This document shows positions 26,215-39,882 of a DNA stretch of 64,000 nucleotides, piece after piece. The notes beneath the pieces were generated by a model, which saw only the letters and a program-made list of their open reading frames with translations, had not been told where the DNA came from and did not search any database. Both the position numbers and the translations under genes were made by a program. Origin of the DNA: Chiloscyllium plagiosum (lineage: Eukaryota); NCBI RefSeq assembly GCF_004010195.1, contig NC_057759.1, forward strand, positions 3,392,057-3,456,056. The letters run 5' to 3'. Each line of letters opens with the position of its first letter. Within the stretch, counting starts at the first letter, position 1.

Positions 26215-27665
26215 TTCTTTGATGATACAATGATAGGTGGAAGGGCAGGTAGTGTTCAGCAAGTGGGGAGGCTGTAGAAGGATTTGGACAGGGTAGGAGA
26301 GTGGGCAACGAAATGGCTGATGGAATATAATGTGGGAAAGTGGGAAGTTACGTACTTTAGTAGGAAGAATAGAGACAAAGACTGTTTTCTAAATAGGGAA
26401 AGATTTCGGAAATCTTAAACACAAAGAATTCTTTTCAGGTTAACAGGCAGGTTGAGTTGGCAGTTCGGAAGACAAATGTAATGTTAGCATTCATTTCGAG
26501 AGGTGTAGAATGCTAGGGCAGGGATGTGCTGCTGAGATTGTATAAGGCCCTGGTCAGACCACATTTGGAATATTGTGAGCAGTTCTGGACCCCCTATTTA
26601 AGGAAGGATGTGCTGAGTGGGGAGGGGGTCCAGAGGGGGTTTAAAAGAAAGATCCCAGGGATGAAGAACTTGTAATGTGAGAAGACGTTGACGACTCTGA
26701 CTGTGGACTCGTTGGAGTTTAGAAGGGTGAGGGAGAATCTGATTGAAATTTGGAGAATACTGCAAGGCCCGAATAGAGTGGATGTAGAGAAGATGTTTCC
26801 ATGAGTAGGAGAGACTCGGACTGGAAGGCACAGCCTCAGAGTGAAGGGAACTCCCTTTAGAACTGAGATGAGGAGGAATTTCTTCAGCCAGACACTGAGG
26901 AATCTTTGCAACTCATTACTGTAGAAGGCTATCATTATGTCTTTAAAACGGAGATAGATGGGTTCTTGATCAGTGGGAGGATCGACTGTTACAGAGAGAA
27001 GGCAGGAGAATGGGGTTAAGAAACATATCAGCCATGACGGAATGGTGGAGCAGACTTGATGGGCTGAATGGCTGCTATATCTTTTGGTCTTGGTTACTAA
27101 GTGACTAATAGACTGTGATGCATCACACAGTTTAGGCTCTCAGATTCAGAGCTTTGAGCATGTGTTATGAGCCACCCACACTAACAAGTGTTCAGGCAGC
27201 TGGATGACCAACATAACATACGGGCTAGGAGCCCTCAGGAGCCTGCTTCCCCCATTCTATACGGATGCAGCTGATCTCGTCTCAGCCTTAACTCCAATTT
27301 CCTGTCCCTGCTCCCTTTTACCCCTGACTGATTGATTGACAATCTGTCTGTCTCTTCCTTCAATTTATTCAGTGTCTCGACACACTGGGGGATGAATTCC
27401 CAGAAATTCCGATCCCCTCTCCCTTGGAGAGAAGCCATTCCTCACCATCACTGTTTTTAATCTGTCCCACCCCCTTCTCCTGAAACAATGACCCTCTCAT
27501 TCTAAATTGTCCCACATGAGGAAACATCCTCTTTCCATCTCCTTTATCAATCCCACTCCCTTTAGCATCCTACATCCCTCAGTGAGGTCTCTGCTCATTC
27601 CTCTAAACTCTAGAGAGTATTGGCTTAAACTGCTCAGTCTCTTTCAACGACAAACCCCTCATCTC
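26215..27665. mobile_element. CR1 fragments (26215-27090+, 27220-27665-)
   Basis: RT DDT motif region through 3'UTR, then a reverse-strand 3' fragment. Confidence 0.85.
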
Positions 27666-28029
27666 TGAACGTGAAATGTACAAATACGCATTACAGTCGG
27701 ATGATATCTTGGATGTAGAACTCAAATCTCAAAGTGAGTTAGCCATAGTTTCCGAGGGGTCTACAGTGCTGAAAAAGGCCCCTCGGCCCATCGAGTCTGT
27801 GCTGGTCAGAAACAGCTACCCCACTATTCTCTAATCCCAATTCCCCAGTACTTGGCCTTGGCGTCACGAGGACACATCTAAATACTCCTTCAATGTGATC
27901 GGAGTTTCTGCTTTTCCCACCATTACAGGCAGTGAGTTCCAGGTTCCCCTTCATGTATCGCTGGACATCAGAGTGCATCTGGGAAAAGTAACAAACGGTG
28001 AAATTCACAACTAACCTTGGAGGAACCTG

Positions 28030-31000
28030 TTTGGGAGAGGTCACAGCACAGAAACAGATAAGTGGATATGTTAAATGTGGCCTTGCAGTAAGTCTGCAAT
28101 GGTGAGTAGAGTCCATTTTTTCTGGATTATGTGTTTTATTGAGATATGTCTCTTGATTAAATTTAAATTAATACTTATCTCTTATATTTTAACCTGGAGC
28201 AGTGCTTTGTAGAAGAATAAGACAGTGCTATTTTCTGGGTCTGTAGATTGAAAGGAGAAAAAATGGCCTTTTGTAGAGTGATATGCTCTTCTTGTCAGAT
28301 GTGAGAGTTTTGGAAGAGTTTATGGCTTACTAAAGATTATATCTGCCATAAATGCCATTGGTTGCGAATCCTATCAGATTGAATGGATCATTTGGAGAGT
28401 CAGTTAGAGCAGTGAAAAATTTACAAGAGCAAGGGGATGTGATGGATGCCAGTTACAGGAAGGGGGAAGTTGCAGGAAAGGTAAGAGAGGTCGGCAGTTA
28501 GTGCAGGAGTCTTCTGTGGCTATCCCCATTTCAAACAAGTACGCTTTTTTGGAAAATGTAGGAGGTGATGGATTCTCTGGGGAGCGTAGCACGATCAGCC
28601 AAGTTTATGGTATTGGGACTGGCTCTAACGCAATGAGGGGTACATCAGATTCCAAGAGATTGAGGGACAGGCAGACATTTCTGTGGCCAGCAGTGAAAAA
28701 TCAGAATGGTGTGTTGCTTTCCTGGTGTCAGGATCAAGGAAGTGTCAGAGAGGGTGCAGAATGTTCTCAAGGGGGAGAGAGACCAGCAGGAGGTGATTGT
28801 ATACATTGGAACCAACGACACCAGAAGGGAAATGGTTGAGATTCTGAAGGGACACTACAGAGAGTTAGGCAGGAATTTAAAAAGGAAGTCCTCAAGAGTC
28901 TTAATATCTGGATTACTCCCAGTGCTACGAGCTAGTGAGGTCAGGAATAGGAGGATAGAACAGATAAATGCATGGCTGAGGAGCTGGTGTATGGGAGAAG
29001 GATTCACATTTTTGGATCATTGGAAGCACTTTTGTGGTGGAAGTGACCTGTACAAGAAGGATAGTTTGCACCTAAATTGGAAGGGGTCTAATATACTGGC
29101 AGAGAGATTTGCTGGAGCTGCTCAGGAGGATTTAAACTAATAAGGTCAGGGGGTGGGACTCAGGGAAATAGTGAAGGAAGAGATCAATCTGAGACTGGAA
29201 CAGTTGAGAACAAAGGTGAATCAAACAGTTAGGGCAGGCAGGGTCTAACGAGAGAACAACGTAGGACTGATATAAATTACACTGCATTTATTTCAATGCA
29301 AGAGGCCTAACAGGGAAGGCAGATGAACTCAGGGCATGTTTAGGAACATGGGACTGGGATATCATAGCAATTATAGAAACATAGCTCAGGGATGAACAGG
29401 ACTGGCAGTTTAGTGTTCCGGGAAACAATTGCCACAAGAAGGACAGAAAGGGAGGCAAGAGAGAAGGGGGAGTGGTTTTTTTGATCAGGAATAGCATTAC
29501 AGCCATACTGAGGGAGGATACTCCCAGAAAGACATCCAGGGAAGTTATTTGAGTGGAACTAAGAAATAAGAAAGGGATGATCACCTTATTGAGATTGCAT
29601 TATAGACCCCTTAATAGAGGGAAATTGAGAAACAAAGCCAGCAACCATAATTCTATTAGTTTTGAAATAGTGATGGAAAAGGATAAGCCAGATATAAAAG
29701 TTGAAGTTTTAAATTGGAGGAAGACCAATTTTGACGGTATTAGGCAAGGACTTTCAAAAGCTCATTGGGGGCATATGTTTGCAGGTAAAGGGCTGGCTGG
29801 AAAATGGGAAGCCTTCAGAAATGAGATAGAGTGCAGAGAAAAATATTCCTATTCGGGTAAAAGGAAAGGCTGGTAAGTATAGTGAATAATGGATGACTAA
29901 AGAAATTGAGGGTTTGGTTAAGAAAAAGAAGGAAGCATATATCAGGTATAGACAAGATAGATCGAATGAATCCTTCGAGTATAAAGACAGGAGTATACTT
30001 GAGAGAGAAATCAGGAGGGCAAAAAGGGGACATGAGATAGCTTTGGCAAATAAAGAGAAGGAGAATCCAAAGGGTTTTTACAAATACATGAAGGACAAAG
30101 GGTAACTAGGGTGAGAATAGGGCCCCTCAAAGATCAGCAAGGTGGCCTTTGTATGCAGTCGCTGGAGATGGGGGAGATACTAAACAAATATTTTACATCA
30201 GTATTTACTGTGGAAAAGGACATGGAAGATATAGAAGGTAGGGAAATAGATGGTGACATCTTGAAAATAAATGACCATATTACAGGGGAGGAAGTGCTCT
30301 GAACGCATAAAAGTGGATAAATCCTTAGGAGCTGATCAGGTGTACCTGAGAACTCTGTGGGAAGCTAGGGACGTGATTGCTGGGCCTCTTACTGAGATGT
30401 ATCATCAATAGTCACAGATAAGGTGCCAGAAGACTGGAGGTTGGCTAACGTTGTGCCATTATTTAAGAACGGTGGTAAGGACAAGCCAGGAAACTATAGA
30501 CCAGTGAGTCTGACCTCGGTGGTGGGCAAGTTGGAGGGAATCCTGAGGAACAGGATGTACATGTATTTGGAAAGGCAAGGACTGATTAGGGATTGTCAAC
30601 ATGACTTTGTGTGTGGGAAATCATGTCTCACAAACTTGATTGAGGTTTTTGAAGAAGTAACAAAGAGGATTCTTGAGGGAAGAGCAGTAGGTGTGATCTT
30701 TATGGATGTCATAAGGCGTTCGACAAGGTTCCCCATGGGAGACTGGTTAGCAAGGTTAAATCTCATGGAATAGGGGGAGAACTGGCCATTTGGATGCAGA
30801 ACTGGCTGAAAGGTAGAAGACAGAGGGTGGTGGAAGGTTGTTTTTGAGACTGGAGGCCCGTGACCAGTAGAGTGCCACAAGGATCGGTGCTGGTCCACTA
30901 CTTTTCATCATTTATATAAGTGATTTGGATATGAGAATAAGAGGTACAGTTAGTAAGTTTATGGATGGTACCAAAATTGGAGGTGTAGTGGACAGCAAAG

Positions 31001-31817
31001 AAGGTTACCTCCGATTACAACAGGATCTTGATCAGATGGTCCAATGGGCTGAGAAGTGGCAGACGGAGTTTAATTCCGTTAAATGCGAAGTGCTGCATTT
31101 TGGAAAAGCATGTCTTAGTAGGACTTATACATTTAATGGTAAGGTCCTAGGGAGTGTTGGAGCGCAGGTTCATAGCTCCTTGAAAGTGGAGTCGAAGGTA
31201 GACAGGATAGTGAAGAAGGCGTTTAGAATGCTTTCCTTTATTGGTCTCGGTATTGAGTATGGGAGTTAGGAGGTCATGTTACAGTTGTACAGGACACTGG
31301 TTAGACCAGTGTTGGAATATTGCCTGCAATTCTGGTCTTCTTCCTATTGGAAAGATGTTGTGAAATTTGAAAGGGTTCAAAAAAGATTTACAAGGATATT
31401 GCCAGGGTTGAAGGATTTGTGCTACAGGGAAGAAGTTGAATAGGCTAGGGCTGTTTTCCCTGGACCATCGGAGGCTGAGGGGTCACATTATAGAGGTTTA
31501 TAAAATGAGGGGCAAGTCTTTTCCCTATGTTGGGGAGTCCAGAACTAGAGGGCATAGGTTTAGTGGGAGAGGGGAAAGAATATAAACATTTTCACACAGA
31601 GGGTGGTACATGTATGGAATGAGCTACCAGAGCAAGTGGTGGAGGCTGGTACAATTGCAACATTTAAAAGGCATCTGGATAGGTATATGAATAGGAAGGG
31701 TTGGATGGATATGGGCCACAAGTGGGACTAGATTCGGTTGGGATATCTAGTCGGCATGGACAAGTTGGACCAAAGGGTCTGTTTCTGTGCTGTACATCTC
31801 TATGACTCTATGACTCT
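28030..31817 (+). mobile_element. Near full-length degenerate CR1-clade LINE (ORF1 zinc finger/SGNH esterase; ORF2 APE+RT)
   Basis: ORF1 CxxC motifs from 28263 and VIVYIGTND...DSLHLN. ORF2 fragments DWRLANVVPLFK, NYRPVSLTS, KSCLTNL. (TATGACTC)n tail. Stops, frameshifts and an APE deletion. Confidence 0.95.
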
Positions 31818-32044
31818 GGGTGAACAAGATTTTCCTCACATCCCCTCGAAACCTCCTGGACCTTACCTTCATTCTGTGCCCCTTCCCCACCTCCGTCAAA
31901 GGGGGAAAGTTTCTTTCTATCTACCCTATTTTCACCTCCCATAGTTTATACATCCCCCTCTTTCAATCTACTCTGCTGTAAGGACAACAACCCCAGTCTG
32001 TCCAATCTCTCTCAACTACTGAAACTCTCCTGCTCTCCTAAATC

Positions 32045-32283
32045 AAGATTAGATTAGATTACTTACAGTGTGGAAACAGGCCCTTCGGCCCAACAAGTCC
32101 ACACNNNNNNNNNNNNNNNNNNNNNNNNNNNNNNNNNNNNNNNNNNNNNNNNNNNNNNNNNNNNNNNNNNNNNNNNNNNNNNNNNNNNNNNNTCCACACA
32201 GTCAGTCGCCTGAGGCGGGAATTGAAACCGGGTCTCTGGCGCTGTGAGGCAGCAGTGCTAACCACTGTGCTACTGTGCCGCCC
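32045..32283 (-). mobile_element. HE1-type V-SINE spanning an assembly gap
   Basis: Head and tail flank the N run at 32105-32192. Confidence 0.9.
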
Positions 32284-32715
32284 AATATGCTGGTAAATCT
32301 CCCTGTGCATCTTCTCCCATTCATTTAGATATCTACCGTTGGTAGAATGTCTTTTATTTATACCACTCACTAATGGTACATCATAAAGGAAACACGCAAT
32401 ATATTTTGTAGTGAAAAAGAGGTCAGTTAATTTTTAATCAGCAGAGTTATGTTTTTAGCAGGTGGTTAATGTAAAATCAACTTTGTCTCATTAGAAAGAG
32501 AGAGGAAGAGGTTTGAGAGAGAAAAAGAAAAAGCAACAACTGTTTTATGGTTTAACCTGAGGGGCAACACATCTAAGTCACAGGGAAAGATCAGTCACAG
32601 CAAACTCAACCAGAGAAGGGATTGAACCGCATGCTGTCAGCGTGAGTATACATTGTAAGCCAACTATAGAATCAACTGAGCTAACCAACCCCTACATGGC
32701 CAGTGCTAAAAACAT

Positions 32716-33210
32716 TGGGTGGCACAGTTGCTCAGTGGTATGCTTTGCTGCCTCACAGCACCAGAGATTCAGAAACAATTTCAGCCTCGGGTGACTGTCT
32801 GTGTGGAGATTGCACATTGTCCCCTTCTCTGCATGGGTTTTCTCCAGGTGCTCCGGTTTCCTCCCACAGTCCGAAGATATGCAGTTTAGATGGATTGGCC
32901 ATGCTAAGCTGCCCATAGTGTGAGGGTTATGCAGACTAGGAGGATTAGCCATGGGAAATGCAGGGATACAGTGATAGAGTTGGGTGGTGTCTCTGGATGG
33001 GATGCTATTCAGAGGGTCAGTATGGACTCGATGGGCTGAAAGACCTGATTCCACACTGTAGGATTCTATGATGTACAGGTTAGGGAGATTGGTCATGGTT
33101 AATGCAGGGTTACGGGGATAGGGTCAGGGTCTGGGTGGGATGCTCTTCACTGGCTTGGGCACAGACTGGATGGGCTGAATGGTCTCTTTCCACACTGTAG
33201 GGATTTGGCG
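32716..33210 (+). mobile_element. Older V-SINE with a second 3' portion
   Basis: Diverged head/V-domain; tail repeated at about 33090-33205. Confidence 0.85.
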
Positions 33211-34044
33211 ACATCAATGTTTAGCTCCGTGTTGTGGGGAAATTTATTCTGATCTCAATTTTGATGAGATTCACTTTCAGTTTCTGAAATAATGGGGAAG
33301 CAAAATCCTATGTTTTCAGCTCCCCAGGGTATGTCCTGCAGATGTGAATTTGAATCTTGGTGCGGCAGGTGGTGGATCTGGAATTTGATTTTAAAGAAAA
33401 ACAGATCTGGAGTTAAGACTCTTATTCTTGACAACAGTCATCATTAACAACCATCTGGTTCAAAATTGAAGACTAATGTGAGGAGGAATTTATTTTCTCA
33501 CAGGGTTGTGAGATGTTGGAACTCCTTACCAGAGAGAGCTGTGTATGGGGACAGTTAGCAGATTTAAGGCTGGGTTAGATAGATTCTTGATCTGTCGGGG
33601 AATTGAGGGTTACATGTTAAGTGCAAGAAAGTGAGCGTGAGGAATGGAGCATCAGCCACAATGGTATTGAATGGCTGAGCAGGCTCAAGACCTTTTTCTG
33701 TTCCTTTTTGTGATGGTCCTTGTGGGAATGAAATCTGCCCTCCTTACCTGCTCTGCTCAGCATGTGACTCCTAACCCTTTGCAAATTCTTCATTGCCTTC
33801 TGGCTGAGCAAGTCGATTGGTTCAAGGACATTTTCGGAATTGCATCCACATCCCACCTTGGCAGAGATGGCCACATCCTGTTCAGAGTACAGTGAAATAA
33901 CATTTGTCGGGGTCAGTTTTAGACTTGCTCCAATCACATGCTTTGCTAAGAGAAGTTAGTCTGTATAATAACCCCAGATATTCACAGCTCCTCCTGTACA
34001 CTCTGATTGCCTTTCAGGCAAAGTTTGTTATTCTCATCCATTTT

Positions 34045-34865
34045 CAGAGTCATACAGCACTGAAACAGGCCCTTCAGCCCAACTTGCCCATGCTGACCAG
34101 GTTTCCCAAACTAGTTCCATTTGTCTACATTTGGCCCATAACTCTCTAAACCTTTCTGTCCATGTACCTTTCCAAATGTCTTTGAAATGTTGTAATTGTA
34201 CCTGCCTCTACCACTTCCTCTGGAAGCTCATTTGCCTCTCAGGTCCCGTTTTAATCTTCCCCTCTCACCTGAAACCTATGCCCACTAGTTTTGGACATCC
34301 CTACCTTGGGGAAAAGACCATAACTATTTACCTTATCTATGCTCCTCATGGTTTTATAACCCCTATAAGACCACCCCTCAGACTCTGATACTCCAGGGGA
34401 GGAAAGCTCCCAGCTCATACAGCTTCTTATAATTCAAACCCTGCAATCTTGGTAACATCTTTGTAAATCTTTTCTGTAATCTTTCTAGCTGAGGAACTTT
34501 CTATATCAGGCTAACCAAATTTGCACACAGTATTCTAAAAGTGGCCTCACCAACAACCTGTCCAGCTGTAATATGATGTCCCAACTCCTGTCGTCAGTGC
34601 TCTGACCAATGAAGGTGAGCATGCCAAACACCTTATTCACCACCATGTCTAGCTGCAATGCCACATTCAAGCTCTCTTTGTTTGGAAACAGTCCCCAGAC
34701 TTGTCCTTTGAACAGTGTTCGTCCTGCCCTGGTTTGCCTTACCAAAATGCAATTTATCTAAATTAAACTTCATCTGCCATTCCTTGACCCACTGGCCCAG
34801 TTGATCAATTGTCCATTATACTCTTAGATAACCTTCTTCTCTGTCTAAAATGCCACGAATTTTGG
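34045..34865 (-). mobile_element. CR1 3' fragment
   Basis: LLVRPLLEYCVQIW. Confidence 0.88.
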
Positions 34866-34907
34866 TGCTGCTCCTATCTACTACGTTTCTGTGTTGACAT
34901 TTGTCAG

Positions 34908-35039
34908 GCTGAATAAGCGGAATGGCAACCACCCTGCATCACATACGCCATCCTGTGGCACACAGATACAGGAAAGGATGAGGATCCAGGTTAAGACGAA
35001 GAGGGAAATGTTTATGCCAACCTTCCAAGGACATTGTGA
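34908..35039 (+). pseudogene. Terminal cytoplasmic exon with ITYAIL and NVYANL motifs
   Basis: PCITYAILWHTDTGKDEDPG*DEEGNVYANLPRTL*. Internal TAA at 34992. Followed by unique AT-rich UTR-like sequence with AATAAA near 35664. Confidence 0.65.
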
Positions 35040-35909
35040 GACAGCACAGAAGAAAGCCTGTGAAGCTTTACAAATCGATCAACAGCAAATCCATCCTCCA
35101 GCAATAAGAAGTGTATGGGAAACTGACAAAGTTCTTTAATTATTCGTGCCTGTAGGAATCACGTGCAAGTGAAAACGTAACACACTCCAACAGAAAGGAT
35201 TCTGTGCTGTTCTTCAGTGTCAAGATAGGAAAAACAATTCGACCTTTTGTATCTTGTATAATGCAGAATCTAACAGAGTAATGATATAAAATCTTGGTCT
35301 TCAGAAAGCCATCAGTTTTGTTTCAGTGCATAGTGATGTTCTTTTATGAAGTTAAAATCAATGTAAACTGAATCCATTTGCAATTAAGTGAAAGGGTGAC
35401 AAACAATTCAACTGCATTGGAGCTGACTGACCATAATGTTCCTTGTGCAGAAAAGACAATTGGCTAATTCACTTGTATTTTCTGAAGTAGACAGAACATT
35501 ACCCGGCTCTGTCGTGTGATGATGCACCATTAGCTGTACTCTTGCGTTGCTCTATAGTAGGGAGGAGGAAAGGAAAAGGACTTTTATTTTGTCATGCAGT
35601 GCAAAATATGTAAACTGCCAAATTCAATTTATGGAATAATCAACACTTTTTGCTCTGTTTGAAAATAAAATGAACAGTTTTACAAACCTATTAATTTTGG
35701 CTTTTTTTCCCCCTTTCTCCACTGCTTTGAAGGATGGTTATTAGATTCCATTGATACATTTTGAAAATTGAGCCAGATTTCACGCTTTTTTCGTGATACA
35801 TCCGAGGGAGAGGTAGGAGGAATGCAGAACTTTTTGTAGCAAATTGCAGCAAATTTTGAAAGTAGTACATAATTAACTAAAACAAAGTTTCTGGTTGGAC
35901 TGAAACAGA

Positions 35910-37429
35910 TCAAGGCGAAAGTCACTACTGCAGATGCTACAAACCCATCGACTCCCATAGCTACATGGAGTACACCTCCGCCCACCCTGCCTCCTGCAAA
36001 AACGTCCCTTATCCCAATTCTTCCACCACCGCCCTATCTGCCCTCAGGAGGACCAGTTCCACCACAGAACACACCAGATGGCCTCCCTCTTTCAAGACTG
36101 CAATTTCCCATCCCAAGTGGTAGTTGATGTCCTCAAGCACATCTCGTCCACTTCATGCCCCTCTGCCCTCGAATACCACCCCTCCAACCACAACAAGGAC
36201 AGAAATCCCTGGTCCTCACCTTACACCCTGCTAACCTCTGTATACATCGCATCATCTTCCGCCATCTACAAACAGATCCCAACACCAGAGATATATTTCC
36301 ATCCCCACCCCTATCTGCTTTCCATAATGACCGTTCACTCCGCGACTACCTTATCAGATCCACACTTCCCAACATCCCACCCTCCCCTCCCGACACCTTC
36401 CCCTGCCACAGCAGCAGTTGCAAAACCTGTGCCCACGGCTCCCTCCTCACCTCCATCCAAGGTCCCAAAGGCGCCTTCCACATCCATCAACGTTTCACCA
36501 GCACTTCCACACATCATTTACTGTAACCATTGCTCCCGCTGCAATCTCCTCGACATTGGGGAGACAAGACGCCTACTCACAGAGTCCTTCAGATAACATC
36601 TGAGACACCTACACCACCAACCCCAGCGCCCCATAGCCCAACACTTCAACTGTCCCCAACACTTGTAGGCGGCAAGGTGGCTAGCACTGCTGCCTCACAG
36701 CGCTAGAGACCCGGGTTCAATTCCCGCCTCAGGTGACTGACTGTGTGGAGTTTGCATGTTCTCCCCGTGTCTGCGTGGGTTTCCTCCGGGTGCTCTGGTT
36801 TCCTCCTACAGTCCAAAGATGTGCAGGTCAGGTGAATTGGCCATGCTAAATTGCCCGTAGTGTTAGGTAAGGGGTAAATGTAGGGGTATGGGTGGGTTGC
36901 GCTTCGGCGGGTCCGCGTGGACTTGTTGGGCCGAAGGGCCTGTTTCCACACTGTAAGTAATCTAATCTAATCTAATCTAATCTGTCCCTCCCACTGCTGA
37001 GGAATGCAGATCATGGGCCTCCTCTATCGCCATTCCCTTACCACCTGATGCCTGGAGGAAGAACGCCTCATCTTCGCCTCAGGACCCTCCAACCCCATGG
37101 CAACAACGTGGTTTCCTCATTTCCCGTTGCCCACCTAACCCCAGTTCTAGACTTCCAGCTCAGCACTATCCTCATGACCTGTTACATCTGTCCATCTTCC
37201 TTTCCACCTATCTGCACCACCCTCTACTCCGACCTATCACCTTTACCCCCACCTCCATCCAGCTGTTGCATTCTCAGCTAAATTCCCAACTGCCTCAATT
37301 CCCTCCAATTTATCTCTCCACCTCCGAGACTCCCAGCCTCATTCCTGATGAAGGGCTTTTGCCCGAAACCTGATTTTCTTGCTCCTCAGATGCTGCCAGA
37401 CCTGCTCTGCTTTTCCAGCACCACACTCT
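35910..37429 (+). mobile_element. 5'-truncated Penelope-like element (RT C-terminus, GIY-YIG remnant, pLTR)
   Basis: KPxDSHSY, LVLTLHP, CxxC and IIYCxxCSRCNLLDIGET remnants; short inverted 5' piece; TSD tgaaacaga (35901-35909 / 37430-37438). Confidence 0.9.
36666..36982 (+). mobile_element. HE1-type V-SINE nested in a PLE
   Basis: Near full-length copy with (TAATC)n tail interrupting GIY-YIG coding remnant. Confidence 0.95.
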
Positions 37430-37750
37430 TGAAACAGACAAAACAAAGTCTTCTACTACAATGTGAAGAAATGGAGAATGATGTTATGATAAAGATGGGG
37501 ATGGCAGCTCCTCTGTTACCATGATACATTTATGCAAATGGATGCTGGCTGACCAGGATGAAAATTATTAGCTGGTTGTTTCTGATCGGTGCAGACTCAA
37601 AAGTTTTGAAGGGCCTGATTCTGTGCTGTAGGCCTCTCTGACAAGGGATCTGTGGGGAGAAATCATTTTGAATGTAACATTTTCTGTTACTTGCAATGTC
37701 AATGGAACTGCATGGCTGTTGACATTGTAATATGTGTCAGGATGGTGTAT

Positions 37751-38072
37751 GATTAGATTAGATTACTTACAGTGTGGAAACAGGCCCTTCAGCCCAACAA
37801 GTCCACACCGACCCGCCGAAGCGTAACCCACCCAGACCCATTCTCCTACATTTACCCCTTCACCTAACACTATGGGCAATTTAGCATAGCCAATTCACCT
37901 ACCCTGCACATCTTTGGACTGTGGGAGGAAACCGGAGCACCCGAAGGAAACCCACGCAGACACGGGGAGAATGTAGAAACTCCATATAGAGAGTCGCCTG
38001 AGGTGGGAATTGAACCCAGGTCTCTGGCGCTGTGAGGCAGCAGTGCTAACCACTGTGCCACCGTGCTGCCCC
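37751..38072 (-). mobile_element. HE1-type V-SINE
   Basis: Full-length family consensus. Confidence 0.95.
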
Positions 38073-38356
38073 ATGTTTTTGAAACTCATCATAAGTCAGA
38101 GAGAGAGAGTGAGTGTGTGGGATGGGGACTTGATGTGCGGTCACGTATCTACACTTTAATCATTCTCTCTCTCAGGCTTTGACACGGAATTGCCTTTGGA
38201 ATTCATATTATTTGATTGCTGTGTCTATGTATGTAACAAAAGATTAATCGCATCAGCTATTTGTTTATCTTGATTGTAACATTAAAGTTATCTTTACTAA
38301 ATGCAGACAACATAAAGATGGGTAGTAGTTGTAGGTAGTATAGAGGCTTGTATGTG

Positions 38357-38641
38357 GTGGGTGGCACTGCAGTCTCACAGCGCCAGGGACCCGGGTTCAA
38401 TTCCAGCCTCAGGCATCTGTCTGTGTGGAGTTTGAAAGTTCTCCCCGTGTCTGCGTGAGTTACCATCGGGCACTCCGGTTTCCCCTCTCGATCCAAAAGA
38501 TGTGCAGGACAGGTGGATTGGCCAAGCTAAATTGCCCCATCGTGTCAGGTGCATTAGTCAGAGGGAAATGGGTCTGGGTGGGTTACTCTTCGGAGGGTCT
38601 GTGTGGACTGATGGGGCTGAATAGGCAATCTAATCTAATCT
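38357..38641 (+). mobile_element. HE1-type V-SINE
   Basis: Diverged copy with taatc tail. Confidence 0.88.
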
Positions 38642-38901
38642 TGTTAAAGGATACAGTGGGATATAGATCAGTTGCAGATATGGGCGGAGAAATGGCAGAT
38701 TGAATTTAATCTGGCACAGTGTAAGATGCTGGACTTTGGGAGATCAAATGTTAAGGAAAGGTATATAGTAAATGGCTGGACTCTAAACATCTTTGACGTA
38801 CAGAATGATCTTGGGGTTCAAGTCTATAGCTCCCTGAACGTGGCCACACAAGGAGACAGGATGGTATCTACAGGAAGGTGTATGGCATGCTTGCCTTATT
38901 G

Positions 38902-39113
38902 GAGAAAGTGAGGACTGCAGATGCTGGAGATCAGAGCTGAAAATGTGTTGCTGGAAAAGCACAGCAGGTCAGGCAGCATCCAAGGAACAGGAGAATCGAC
39001 GTTTCGGGCAAACACTTTCCTCATTCCTGAACAAGGGCTTATGCCCAAAACGTCGATTCTCCTATTCCTTGGATGCTGACTGACCTGCTGCGCTTTTCCA
39101 GCAACACATTTTC
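38902..39113. mobile_element. Palindromic PLE family A mini-element
   Basis: About 70-bp inverted arms (tgaaaatgtgttgctggaaaag... / ...cttttccagcaacacattttca). Confidence 0.88.
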
Positions 39114-39882
39114 ATGCTTTCCTTATTGGTCGGGGAATTGAGTACAAGAGTCAGGATGTCATTGCAGCTTTATAAGACTTTGGTTAGGCCGTACTTAGAG
39201 TATTGTGACAAAAGGTTAACTCTGTCTTTCTCAGTTACTGATATCTGAAATGTTTCCTTCAATATCTGTACTCACTATCTATTTCAGATATGGTTGTTCA
39301 AGCTACCAATATTGTCTCTTTGTTCACCTCGATTGTAATGTTAAAAGTATCCTCCCTAAAGTTCGGAACCCATGAGGACGGCCTCAACTGGGACCTCGGT
39401 TCCTATAACACTACAGGTGTCCCCAGTACACTGTACACTCTCACACGCACACCCTCCCTTCTCCACACGCTTCCTTTCATACATGCACAGACACACACTT
39501 TACCAAGCATGCACATGCACACATTCTCAGATGCACTCACACTCACATGAACACACACTCACATGTACTCACACGTAAGTGACTGGATACATTCTATTTT
39601 GCTCAATCTGCAGGCAGTCAATCCAGGTAATATTTTTTAAATTCCTACTTTGGAAATAGAACCAGTCTTACTCAAGATTGGGATACAGTCAGACTCTAAC
39701 CTCCCACCTTTAATACATTGTCTGAGCTGAGATGTCACCCTTTTTAAAAATAAAACCTTAAGTCAGCTTGACAATGTGACTTTAAAGAAATTCTGGGATG
39801 TATATATTAATTAACTGCAACCCGTTCGAAAAGATGAATCACTGAACAATAATCTAGGTTTGTTTAACATATCATTTCAGTT

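Larger units (their letters stand above)
14886..35039 (+). pseudogene. Decayed Ig-superfamily inhibitory receptor gene (FCRL/PECAM1-like architecture), 5' end not located
   Basis: Collinear exons, mostly with AG/GT boundaries: Ig (14886-15146), Ig (16981-17240), TM (18441-18542), cytoplasmic 19502-19532, 22341-22422, 25388-~25459 and terminal 34908-35039. Multiple stops and frameshifts. Confidence 0.75.

Noticed and set aside
33880..33915. SEYSEI ITIM-like peptide inside the receptor span
   Set aside because: Directly follows a SINE tail and lacks convincing splice context; likely chance.
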